Source: Candidatus Daviesbacteria bacterium (GTDB taxonomy: Bacteria > Patescibacteriota > Microgenomatia > Daviesbacterales > UBA10151). Taken from it: a stretch of 64,000 bases of DNA. The position numbers and the translations under genes are program-made. Positions 9,695 to 18,743 of this stretch are shown here, in pieces (position 1 is the stretch's first letter; each line of letters starts with the position of its first letter). Location: positions 802,634 through 866,633 of the forward strand of contig JAQTZF010000001.1 of NCBI GenBank assembly GCA_028687915.1. The letters are read 5' to 3'. The notes beneath the pieces are model-generated. The model was not told the origin of the DNA. It searched no databases and was given only the letters and a program-made list of their open reading frames with translations.

Positions 9695-11668
9695 ATGGAA
9701 GAAAAAGGTGCTGAACCGGCTATGATATCCAGAAGGCAGTTTTTTAATCTGGTAAAAGATAAAGCCCCTGCTGTTATTACTGCTCCTTTTGTATTGGACA
9801 ATATTTTAACAAACCAAACAACAAACCCTCCAGAAATAAACTCTAAGGAAAGTGAAGATTTTTTAGAAAAATCTACCTCACAATTGTCTAACAGCATATT
9901 GTCTTTGAGCCCTGATAAAAAACAATCCAGTTCAACAACAACTCTACTTGCATCAGCAGCTTTTCTAAGTTCTAAGAAAGATAGCCAACAAGAAAAACTT
10001 ACACCAAGTGACCCTTTTTTTGGGAACACACTGGAATTACTTCTACCGGAAATTGAAGATCCTTTTTTTGGAGGCGGTCTGGAACTACTTTTACCAGACT
10101 TGGAAGAGACAAAAGGCAAAAAAGAGGGAGTGTTAAATAAATTGTGGACCAGAAGACAAACTATTGGCGCATTAGGAGCTGGACTAATAACAGCAACTGC
10201 CTTATCCAAACTCACAATTCCTACAGTATCAGAATATATGAAGAAAGTGTTTAATACGGTTGAGGCAGAAGCAGTTGAATTTGATCCAAATAAGATCTTC
10301 CCTCCAGTCCCAACCCCTATCCCAGGTAAAAAAGAATCAAAACCTATCCAAAAACCCAATCCAGAAAAACCTAAACCTTTACCAACACCAGAAAAACCAC
10401 CCAAAGAAATTGTTGGTAATAAAAATTTAGCAGAATTTTTTCTTGGTGACCTTTTAGAAAAATTTAAAACTAGAAGACAGGAGAGAGTAAAAAATCCTGA
10501 CGCAGCCGAACGAATTAATAAAGAATTACTTGGATCAGATAGTATTTTCACGGTTTATATGGGAATAGATGAAACTCGTGACAGACCAAAAGTCTTTAGT
10601 TCTGTTGGATGGGGCAGATCAGACATTGTTCTTTTAACCGCTTTTAATATTCATACTTTTCAAACAAAAGTTGTTTCTATACCAAGGGATTTATTTGCAC
10701 CAGAACTCGCAAAATACTTTCCTAAAGATCCTAAAAATCCCAATGCAGCTCCACCTAAAGTTAATTCAATGACAACCGTTGAGTATGCAAAATCAATTGG
10801 AAATATTAAAGAAAGCGTAAATGAGTATGAATTAATTAAAAAAATCATTGAATCAGCAACCGGATGCCCGATTGATATGATGGTAAAAACTAATATCGAT
10901 TTTATGCAGGGATCATGGGATAGAAAAATACCAGGAATTTTTGACAGACTCACACCAAATGGAATTGATGTATTAATACCAGAAAGTTTTACAGATAAAG
11001 AATACCCAACACCTGGGGAAGGAGATGAAACTATCTTTTTTGAAAAAGGATGGCAAACACTTAGTACAGGAAAATACCCAAAAAGAGCTGGTAATCCAGG
11101 AAAAGGAGGTTATACAAATCCTGATACAGTTTCCAGAAACATTACTGCATATGCTAGATCAAGAAAAGGGGACTCTGATTTTGCCAGGTCAGACAGACAA
11201 AGACAGATACTTTCTGCTTCACTTAAGGCAATTATGCCTGACGTTCTAAAAGATTTAACTGCTGGGTCTTCAAAGTCATTGGATACAATTGTCTCTGCCC
11301 TTGAAGGACAAAAACAGGCTGCAAATCTCTTTTTTGACGTTGATATTATCGAGATTGTTAAAACACTAAACGCAAATATTTTAAAACTAAGACAAACTGC
11401 AAACGGCACAGCTGCACTAGGTGTGTTGATTGCAAATACTGCAGGTGTTGTAAGTAAAATCTCGAAAGATGACAAAAACTCGTTTGTCTCATATGGGCCC
11501 ACTTTTACTGATGGACTAGATAAAGTAGACGAAAAAGATCCGAATTTTTGGTTTGCTGAATCAAAGCCTGCTGGTTCTTCAACTAGCTTACCGCCCACTC
11601 AACTAGGTAATTATTTATCTTATTGGGCACCCTTAAGAAATAAAGTTATGAGTATAATGAAAAACTGA
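9695..11668 (+). CDS. LCP (LytR-CpsA-Psr) family glycopolymer phosphotransferase with Tat-like N-terminal motif
   Basis: LCP signature GIDETRDRPKVFSSVGWGRSDIVLLTAFN…VVSIPRDL; SRRQFF and TRRQTIGALGAGL motifs. Confidence 0.7.
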   Translation: MEEKGAEPAMISRRQFFNLVKDKAPAVITAPFVLDNILTNQTTNPPEINSKESEDFLEKSTSQLSNSILSLSPDKKQSSSTTTLLASAAFLSSKKDSQQEKLTPSDPFFGNTLELLLPEIEDPFFGGGLELLLPDLEETKGKKEGVLNKLWTRRQTIGALGAGLITATALSKLTIPTVSEYMKKVFNTVEAEAVEFDPNKIFPPVPTPIPGKKESKPIQKPNPEKPKPLPTPEKPPKEIVGNKNLAEFFLGDLLEKFKTRRQERVKNPDAAERINKELLGSDSIFTVYMGIDETRDRPKVFSSVGWGRSDIVLLTAFNIHTFQTKVVSIPRDLFAPELAKYFPKDPKNPNAAPPKVNSMTTVEYAKSIGNIKESVNEYELIKKIIESATGCPIDMMVKTNIDFMQGSWDRKIPGIFDRLTPNGIDVLIPESFTDKEYPTPGEGDETIFFEKGWQTLSTGKYPKRAGNPGKGGYTNPDTVSRNITAYARSRKGDSDFARSDRQRQILSASLKAIMPDVLKDLTAGSSKSLDTIVSALEGQKQAANLFFDVDIIEIVKTLNANILKLRQTANGTAALGVLIANTAGVVSKISKDDKNSFVSYGPTFTDGLDKVDEKDPNFWFAESKPAGSSTSLPPTQLGNYLSYWAPLRNKVMSIMKN

Positions 11669-11682
11669 AGTATAATCTCCTC

Positions 11683-13686
11683 ATGGATTTAAGTACTAAA
11701 TTAGTTCACACATCTGGCATTGGACCATCGCTCCAGGCTAAATTAGATAAATTAAACCTTACAACAGTTGAAGATTTAGTTACTCATTATCCTTTTAGAT
11801 ATGAAGATTTTGCTAAAATCTCCAAAATTGCTGAAGCCAGGGCAGGGGAGATTGTCACATTTTCTGGTGATGTTTTGTCTATTAAAAATACTTATACAAA
11901 ATCACATAAAATTTTAACCAAAGCTATATTAAATGATGGTTCCGGATCTGTAGAAATAATTTGGTTTAACAACCGCTGGATTATCAAAAATATTAAAGTA
12001 GGGGATAAGATCCAAACTTCCGGGAAATTAGACTTTTTTGCTGGAAAATTAGGCTTAATTGCTCCTGAGTGGGAAAAAGTAGACATTAATCAAGCATTAC
12101 ACACTGGAAGATTAGTACCAGTTTATCCTGAAACATATGGTTTAACCTCAAAATGGTTAAGAGCAAAAATCCATCAATTCTTACCACAAATTACTCCTAC
12201 TATTGTGGACCCTATTCCTGTTGAAGCCACCAAAGATTTCCTACCTTTAGCCAAAGCATTAGAAAAAATACATTTTCCAGATACTTATTCTGAGATTTTA
12301 CAAGCTAAAAAAAGACTTTCCTTTGATGAACTTTTCTATATCCAGCTTTCTACTTTAAAGAAGCGGGAAGACTGGCAAAATAAACAGGTTACCAAAGCAT
12401 TTAAAATTGATAAGGAAAAATTACAGGAATTTATAGATAAATTACCTTTTAAACTAACAAAAGCACAAGATAAAGTAATTCAGGAAGTATTAAAGGATGT
12501 GAATAAAACAAGCCCTGCTAATAGATTAATCCAGGGAGAAGTAGGTTCAGGAAAAACAGTAGTAGCAGCAGTAATTATCTATTTAGCTTATCTTAATGGG
12601 CTAAAGTCGTTACTTATGGCACCAACAGAAATTCTGGCATTTCAGCATAATGCTACTTTAACAAAATTACTAGAACCTTTTGGTATTAGCGTTGGCCTTT
12701 ACACTGGTAGCAAAAAGTTTACTAATATACCAGATGTTATTGTAGGAACCCATGCTCTCTTATCAGAAAAGTTAGAGTTAAATGATATTGGTTTAATTGT
12801 GGTAGATGAACAACAAAGATTTGGTGTTGCCCAAAGAAGTTTACTTCGGGCAAGAGCAAAAAGCCCACATTTTATTACTATGACAGCCACACCAATCCCC
12901 CGAACTGTTGCCTTAACAATTTATGGAGATTTAGATTTATCTGTTATCGATGAAATGCCTGTGGGCAGGCTTGAAGTTAAAACTCACTATGTTCCTGAGA
13001 TAAAAAGAGAAGATTCATATAAGTTTATGGAAAAAGTTGTTCAAGAAGGGCAACAAATTTATATTATCACTCCATTAATTGATGAATCTGAGACATTAGT
13101 TTCTGCCAAAGCTGCTAAAGCTGAATTTGAAAAACTTCAAACTAAAATCTTCCCAAATCTTAAGTTAGGATTATTGCATGGTAAATTAAAGCCAAAAGAA
13201 AAAGAAGAAGTAATTAATGCTTTTAAGAACCATAAAATTGATATTTTAGTATCCACTTCTGTGGTGGAAGTGGGAATGGATATTCCCAACGCAACCATCA
13301 TGGTTATAGAAGGAGCAGAAAGATTTGGCTTATCCCAATTACACCAGTTAAGGGGAAGGGTGGGCAGGGGAAACCTGCAATCATATTGCTTCTTATTTGC
13401 TGAGCAGGAAATTCCTCAAGTAATAAGCAGGTTAAAGAATCTTGAACATATTCATGATGGTTTGAAGTTAGCAGAACTTGATCTGCAAATTAGAGGCTCA
13501 GGAGAAATCTTTGGAACCAGACAAAGTGGTGATTGGGACCTTAAAATTGCTTCATTATCTAATTTAGAATTAATTGAACAAGCCAGAAATGAAGCTAAAA
13601 AAATACTACAGGACGATTTAACCCTTGACAAACATCAACCACTTCTGGGAAAATTGTTAAACTTAGAAAATATAATGCCCGATTAA
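11683..13686 (+). CDS. recG: ATP-dependent DNA helicase RecG
   Basis: Walker A GEVGSGKTVVA, DEQQRFGV motif, 667 aa; wedge/OB N-terminus. Confidence 0.85.
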   Translation: MDLSTKLVHTSGIGPSLQAKLDKLNLTTVEDLVTHYPFRYEDFAKISKIAEARAGEIVTFSGDVLSIKNTYTKSHKILTKAILNDGSGSVEIIWFNNRWIIKNIKVGDKIQTSGKLDFFAGKLGLIAPEWEKVDINQALHTGRLVPVYPETYGLTSKWLRAKIHQFLPQITPTIVDPIPVEATKDFLPLAKALEKIHFPDTYSEILQAKKRLSFDELFYIQLSTLKKREDWQNKQVTKAFKIDKEKLQEFIDKLPFKLTKAQDKVIQEVLKDVNKTSPANRLIQGEVGSGKTVVAAVIIYLAYLNGLKSLLMAPTEILAFQHNATLTKLLEPFGISVGLYTGSKKFTNIPDVIVGTHALLSEKLELNDIGLIVVDEQQRFGVAQRSLLRARAKSPHFITMTATPIPRTVALTIYGDLDLSVIDEMPVGRLEVKTHYVPEIKREDSYKFMEKVVQEGQQIYIITPLIDESETLVSAKAAKAEFEKLQTKIFPNLKLGLLHGKLKPKEKEEVINAFKNHKIDILVSTSVVEVGMDIPNATIMVIEGAERFGLSQLHQLRGRVGRGNLQSYCFLFAEQEIPQVISRLKNLEHIHDGLKLAELDLQIRGSGEIFGTRQSGDWDLKIASLSNLELIEQARNEAKKILQDDLTLDKHQPLLGKLLNLENIMPD

Positions 13687-13694
13687 GGAAAAAT

Positions 13695-13898
13695 ATGGCT
13701 GCAGAACCAAAAAGAAGACATAGTAAAGCAAGAAAAAGAACCAGAAGAGCCTCCATTAAGTTGGAGCCTAATCAATTGATTAAATGCACAAGTTGTGGAG
13801 AATTAAAGTTATCTCATATCGTTTGTGCTGCTTGTGGTATGTACAACGATAAACAGGTTATTACAAAGACAAAGGCCAAGATAACCCGAGCAGAGTGA
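13695..13898 (+). CDS. rpmF: 50S ribosomal protein L32
   Basis: Strong similarity to B. subtilis L32 (…RRHSKARKRTRR…CTSCGE…CAACG zinc ribbon); AAGGA SD upstream. Confidence 0.85.
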   Translation: MAAEPKRRHSKARKRTRRASIKLEPNQLIKCTSCGELKLSHIVCAACGMYNDKQVITKTKAKITRAE

Positions 13899-14269
13899 AG
13901 ACTTCTAACGACCCTAGACATCTAAAACGAGAGGCTATAGTCAAGGAATTATTTACATGGGCGTTTACAGATACTTATAAACTGCAAACAAAAGAGGCGG
14001 CTTTGATAGTTGATAATTTAACTAAAATTGACAAGGAGATTGAAGGTGGAGCACCAAGTTGGCCTCTAAACCAGATTAATCGCATTGATTTAGCTATCTT
14101 GCGTTTAGCAGTTTTTGAGTTAATAATGGTTAAAGATACCCCTTTTAAAGTGGTAGTAGATGAGGCCGTAGAAATGGCCAAAAAATATGGGGCAGATACC
14201 AGTTCTTCGTTTATTAATGGAGTTTTGGGAAACATAATAACTGCACATAAATTAAATATTAAAAAATAA
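13895..14269 (+). CDS. nusB: Transcription antitermination factor NusB
   Basis: NusB-like helical protein (ILRLAVFELI…SSSFINGVLG); ATGA overlap with rpmF. Confidence 0.75.
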   Translation: MKTSNDPRHLKREAIVKELFTWAFTDTYKLQTKEAALIVDNLTKIDKEIEGGAPSWPLNQINRIDLAILRLAVFELIMVKDTPFKVVVDEAVEMAKKYGADTSSSFINGVLGNIITAHKLNIKK

Positions 14270-14271
14270 AA

Positions 14272-14508
14272 ATGTTAGACCAAAAGAAAATTACAGAAGC
14301 AATAGCAGATAATCTGGGTTTACCACCTGCGGATATTGACGCGGAATCACATCTCCAGGATGATTTAGGATTAAATGCAGTGGAAATAGCAGATCTTTTG
14401 GGAGATTTAGCAGATAAATTCCAAATTGCTTTTCATCCATCTGAACCTGCTCAGGTAAAAACAGTAGGGGATTTAATTGAACTTGTTGAAGATAAGTTAC
14501 TAGAGTAA
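14272..14508 (+). CDS. Acyl carrier protein-like (78 aa) lacking the phosphopantetheine-attachment Ser (DSL replaced by LNAV)
   Basis: Acidic four-helix ACP-like sequence DDLGLNAVEIADLL; conserved rpmF…acpP…rnc synteny. Confidence 0.55.
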   Translation: MLDQKKITEAIADNLGLPPADIDAESHLQDDLGLNAVEIADLLGDLADKFQIAFHPSEPAQVKTVGDLIELVEDKLLE

Positions 14509-14514
14509 TTCTCC

Positions 14515-15207
14515 ATGGACAGCGAACTTTTAAATATCCTAACAAAAAACGGGATTAAACCTAAAGACATTGCCTTTTATAAAACAGCTTTTACTCATAG
14601 GTCATATCTTAATGAATCTAAAAGTGCCATGGAATCAAATGAAAGAATGGAATTTTTAGGTGATTCTGTATTGTCTTTTATTACCTCCTCATACCTTTTT
14701 AATAAAAGACTTAAAGATACTGAGGGTGATTTAACAAACCTCAGGGCTTTTATTGTTAAAACAGATTCCCTTGCTAAAGCCTCCAGTAAACTCGGACTGG
14801 GTGAGCTATTAAATCTTTCCAAAGGAGAAGAGATATCTGGTGGCAGAAACAACCCTCAACTTTTAGCTAATACCTTTGAAGCTCTTTTAGGAGCAGTCTA
14901 TCTTGATTTAGGCATTGAAGAAGCCACCAAATTTGTGGAGAGCACTCTATTACCAATATTTAAAGAAGAGATGGAAAAAGGGGCTCCTAAGGACTCTAAA
15001 AGCCTATTACAGGAACAAATACAAGCAAGAATGCAGACTTCACCTAAATATAAAATATTGGGCACTACAGGCCCAGATCATGCTAAGAAATTTACTGTAG
15101 GGGTTTTTATCAATAATACTTTATCAGGACAGGGAACAGGATCCAATAAACAACAGGCAGAAGAAGCTGCAGCCGAACAGGCACTAATTAGCCTTGAGAA
15201 GCATTAA
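14515..15207 (+). CDS. rnc: Ribonuclease III
   Basis: Signature ERMEFLGDSVL and C-terminal dsRBD. Confidence 0.85.
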   Translation: MDSELLNILTKNGIKPKDIAFYKTAFTHRSYLNESKSAMESNERMEFLGDSVLSFITSSYLFNKRLKDTEGDLTNLRAFIVKTDSLAKASSKLGLGELLNLSKGEEISGGRNNPQLLANTFEALLGAVYLDLGIEEATKFVESTLLPIFKEEMEKGAPKDSKSLLQEQIQARMQTSPKYKILGTTGPDHAKKFTVGVFINNTLSGQGTGSNKQQAEEAAAEQALISLEKH

Positions 15208-15255
15208 AGTACTCCCAAAATTGCTTATTTAAATATCTTATAGTAAAATACTGCA

Positions 15256-16047
15256 ATGACTTACGATCTTGAGCCACGCAGCTTCGTTTACAATAGAACT
15301 GGAAATCTTTCTAAATCAACAACTTTAAACACAACAATTGCTGAAAAGTTTATGAAGGAAGCAGATATCCGACGCGATATAATTATTCTTGATTCAGGCA
15401 AGGAACCTGAACGCCAGTCTGTTTCTGTTGGAGATGATATTTTAGCCTGGAGAACTATTGCCCCTATAACCGAGCTTACTAAAAAAATCCTCAAGCCTAA
15501 AAAATACCATCAAGTTGAGCTTGTTGATGACCAATACCGAGTTTTAATACACGACAAAATAATCGATGCAGACATCAACGAAAAAGGTTATGAGAGTAGA
15601 GAAGATTATGAGTATAAATTTCTTTCAAAAATAAAGGGAGAGGTCAGAGATTCTGTCAAGGAAATCCTTTTCAGCGAAAAATTGGGCTTCCACGAACATA
15701 TGTTCTTTTATTTCTTTTATGGTTTGGAGGCAGCTAATATTATCAGTACTCTTACTTCCCAAAATTTTACCGGTGCTGCTATAAACGCAGGAATTACTTT
15801 TTTTATAGTACCCGCTCTAAACAATTTACATGCTATCACTTCTTATAGAAGGTCGCAGCATTGGGATGAATTAGGAAAACATTTATTCAAAGACTATAAA
15901 GGGGTGCCATTAAATCCTATCTTAAACCCAAGACCATGGAACAAAGCTTTTTATCCTTTAATACCAGTAGATAAATGGATAAAAGGTAATAAAGTTCTTC
16001 ATGATCATGGTAGTGATTTAATCATTATCAGAAACGAAAAAGAATAA
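15256..16047 (+). CDS. Hypothetical protein (263 aa) with a C-terminal hydrophobic region
   Basis: ORF only. Confidence 0.4.
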   Translation: MTYDLEPRSFVYNRTGNLSKSTTLNTTIAEKFMKEADIRRDIIILDSGKEPERQSVSVGDDILAWRTIAPITELTKKILKPKKYHQVELVDDQYRVLIHDKIIDADINEKGYESREDYEYKFLSKIKGEVRDSVKEILFSEKLGFHEHMFFYFFYGLEAANIISTLTSQNFTGAAINAGITFFIVPALNNLHAITSYRRSQHWDELGKHLFKDYKGVPLNPILNPRPWNKAFYPLIPVDKWIKGNKVLHDHGSDLIIIRNEKE

Positions 16048-16080
16048 TCTTTGTTTCTTATAAAATCCAGCACAATTAGA

Positions 16081-16109
16081 TTGACGAAGAAGCTAGGTTA
16101 GGTTATACT
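16081..16109 (+). promoter_or_regulatory. rpsP promoter TTGACG-17-TATACT, with the -10 box ending 7 nt before the ATG (leaderless)
   Basis: Near-consensus sigma70 hexamers with 17-nt spacing; no SD. Confidence 0.5.
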
Positions 16110-16116
16110 ATCCCAC

Positions 16117-16566
16117 ATGCCAGTAAAGATTAGATTAATGCGAATAGGTGCCAAGAAACGTCCATTCTATAGGATTGTGGCAATTGATGAGCGAAAAAAG
16201 AGATCAGGAGAATACCTGGAACTTTTGGGAACCTATAATCCTTTAACAAATCCTAAAGAAATTATCTTAAAACAAGATAAAATTGATGAGTGGATTAAAA
16301 AAGGTGCAGTGTTATCTGATGGATATTTAAGAATTACCAAACAAGCACCACAAAAGCAACCAAGAGCTCCTAAAAAAGAAAAGAAAGAAGAACCAGCAAA
16401 AGTAGAAGAAGCTAAAGAAGAAACAAAAGAAGAGGCACCAGAAGCTGAGACCACAGCAGAAGAAGTTACAACAGAAACTCCAGTTGAATCAGAAACAGTT
16501 GAAACTACAGAAATAACCGAAGAAGCTCCTGTAGAAGAAACAAAAACAGAAGAAGAGACAAAATAA
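16117..16566 (+). CDS. rpsP: 30S ribosomal protein S16 with an E/K/T-rich C-terminal extension
   Basis: MPVKIRLMRIGAKKRPFYRIVAIDERKKRSGEYLELLGTYNP. Confidence 0.85.
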   Translation: MPVKIRLMRIGAKKRPFYRIVAIDERKKRSGEYLELLGTYNPLTNPKEIILKQDKIDEWIKKGAVLSDGYLRITKQAPQKQPRAPKKEKKEEPAKVEEAKEETKEEAPEAETTAEEVTTETPVESETVETTEITEEAPVEETKTEEETK

Positions 16567-16805
16567 TGGAAGAACTAGTCTTATATATTGTTAAAAGCCT
16601 GGTATCAAAACCTGACGATGTAAAACTTGATACCAAAAACGAAGATGGAATGGTATCTATCCAACTAACTGTTTCCCCTGATGATATGGGAGTTGTAATC
16701 GGAAAAAACGGACAAACTATAAGATCTATCAGAAAGTTACTTGTTGCCCGGGTTATGGCTGAAAACAATAATTTAAGAGTAAATCTGACATTGCAGGAAA
16801 ATTAA
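16566..16805 (+). CDS. KH-domain RNA-binding protein (YlqC/UPF0109-like)
   Basis: VIGKNGQTIRSIRKLL KH motif; position between rpsP and trmD. Confidence 0.7.
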   Translation: MEELVLYIVKSLVSKPDDVKLDTKNEDGMVSIQLTVSPDDMGVVIGKNGQTIRSIRKLLVARVMAENNNLRVNLTLQEN

Positions 16806-16813
16806 GCACACCA

Positions 16814-17506
16814 GTGAAAATTTCCATTATCACCCTGTTCCCAAATCAAATCCAAGTCACAATAGACACATCCATGTTAGGCCGAGCTCAAAAAAAGGGT
16901 TTAGTTAATTTTGAGATTATTGATTTGAGAGAGTTTGGAGAAGGAGTACATCAAATTGTTGATGGTAGACCCTATGGTGGAGGACCAGGAATGTTATTTA
17001 GAGCAGATATTCTAGCAAAAGCATGGAAAGAAGCCGCCAGCCGTCAGCCATTAGATACAAAACAAAAACCTTATACTATATTAACATCAGCTTCCGGAAC
17101 ACCCTTTAAACAACCAAAGGCACAAGAGCTATCAAAACTAGAACATTTAATTATTATTTGTGGTCATTATGAGGGTGTTGATCAAAGATTTATTGATAAG
17201 TATATTATGGAGGAAATCTCTATTGGTGATTATGTTTTAACAGGAGGAGAATTACCAGCTCTTGTAATTACAGATGCAGTAACACGCCTAATCCCTGGTG
17301 TCCTTAAATCAGAGGAAGCAAGTATTGATGAAAGTTTTACAGAAAATCTGCTTGAACATCCACAATATACAAGGCCAGAAGTTTTTGAAGAAATGAGGGT
17401 ACCTGAAATCTTATTATCAGGTCATCATGGTCAAATTAAAACCTGGAAAAAAGAAAAATCAATAGAAAAAACCACTAAAATCAGACCTGATATCTTAAAT
17501 AAATAA
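16814..17506 (+). CDS. trmD: tRNA (guanine37-N1)-methyltransferase TrmD (GTG start)
   Basis: ITLFP…GRPYGGGPGML SPOUT motifs. Confidence 0.85.
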   Translation: MKISIITLFPNQIQVTIDTSMLGRAQKKGLVNFEIIDLREFGEGVHQIVDGRPYGGGPGMLFRADILAKAWKEAASRQPLDTKQKPYTILTSASGTPFKQPKAQELSKLEHLIIICGHYEGVDQRFIDKYIMEEISIGDYVLTGGELPALVITDAVTRLIPGVLKSEEASIDESFTENLLEHPQYTRPEVFEEMRVPEILLSGHHGQIKTWKKEKSIEKTTKIRPDILNK

Positions 17507-18190
17507 TTACTGGAAAAGATCAACCTTACCCAATGGAGTGGATGAAGCACTTGATTCTGCCACAGACTGAATTTTATATTTAGACAAACTTTGAATTAAT
17601 GTATTCTCCTTTTCAGTAATCTCCGCAATTGGCTGATCCATTGTTAAAACAGTTGAAGGAGCTGCCTGATAATAAACACTTAAAGGAATATCTGCTACAA
17701 GTGATCCCTCTCCACTTTGAAACTTTAATGCGATTGATTCAACCTTAAACAACCGCGCAGCATCCTGCAGGCTATTTAAAAAATTCCTGGTGGCTGGCAG
17801 GGAACCTGCTACGGAAATAGCAAAGGAAAAATTTTCCTGGTTAGCAGTTTTGGCACTTGATGAATAAGAAGTACTTTTTAAAGTTAAATTTGATTTAGCA
17901 ACTAATTCCTGTAAAACTGCCATGGCCTGAGGGACATCACGTCCGGTTGGCAAAACAGTTAAGGCTGTAACTAAATCCTGTTCTAGTTTAGTTTGATCAA
18001 GGCTTTCTAACTCTGATGATTTTTTATTTAATAATTCAATTCTATTTAAAACTAAATCAGCTTTTTCTTTATCTTTAAAGAAATCCATCATTTGCGGAAT
18101 AATAACAAATATTATTATGGCTAAACAAATAAAACCTACTACAGAGGGGATAATATATATTCGATATTTAAGATAAAATTCTTTTACCAT
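17507..18190 (-). CDS. pilO: Type IV pilus assembly protein PilO-like
   Basis: N-terminal TM, coiled coil, location after pilM-pilN. Confidence 0.5.
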   Translation of the reverse strand: MVKEFYLKYRIYIIPSVVGFICLAIIIFVIIPQMMDFFKDKEKADLVLNRIELLNKKSSELESLDQTKLEQDLVTALTVLPTGRDVPQAMAVLQELVAKSNLTLKSTSYSSSAKTANQENFSFAISVAGSLPATRNFLNSLQDAARLFKVESIALKFQSGEGSLVADIPLSVYYQAAPSTVLTMDQPIAEITEKENTLIQSLSKYKIQSVAESSASSTPLGKVDLFQ

Positions 18191-18191
18191 T

Positions 18192-18743
18192 TTATTTTAC
18201 TGCAGCAATCCTCAACGAAAAACGATAGGTTGATTCTTTCCCCAAAGATATACCGGCTAAATCAACTTTAGATACCAAATTCATATTTGTTTCTTTATTG
18301 GAAAGGCCTAAAAAAAGCTTATCAATACCTGCAAGCGACTTACTGTTAAAGGAAGCCGTAATAGATCCATTCTTATCAACAGACACATCTGTTAAGGTTA
18401 CCTCCGGAGGTGTTAAATATACGATCAAATTAAACATCGTTTTGACCTTTTCATCAGTTCCAAGTTTTGATGAAATTGCATCTAATCTATTTTTCAGAGC
18501 ATATACTGCAACCTCTTTATTTCTAAATGATAAAACTTTATCTTCTGCAACCTTAACCTCATCCATCATCTTGCTACTTTCACGATTTTGGTTGATTCGA
18601 AGAAGCAATACACCCACGGTTAAAATAATCACCAAAACCAATACACCAATACTTAATTTATTAACCAAACTAAGCTTGCTGCTTTGAATTCTTTCTAATA
18701 ATACTGTTTGTGGTAATAAGTTAATAGAAATCTTATTCATCAC
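18192..18743 (-). CDS. pilN: Type IV pilus assembly protein PilN-like
   Basis: INLLP motif, single TM; 4-nt overlap with pilM. Confidence 0.55.
   Translation of the reverse strand: MMNKISINLLPQTVLLERIQSSKLSLVNKLSIGVLVLVIILTVGVLLLRINQNRESSKMMDEVKVAEDKVLSFRNKEVAVYALKNRLDAISSKLGTDEKVKTMFNLIVYLTPPEVTLTDVSVDKNGSITASFNSKSLAGIDKLFLGLSNKETNMNLVSKVDLAGISLGKESTYRFSLRIAAVK

Noticed and set aside
9661-10551. 296-aa ORF on the minus strand
   Set aside because: Entirely antisense to the LCP gene, which has strong family motifs; low-complexity translation; typical shadow ORF in an AT-rich genome.
11110-11598. 162-aa minus-strand ORF
   Set aside because: Antisense to the C-terminal half of the LCP gene; no motifs; shadow ORF.
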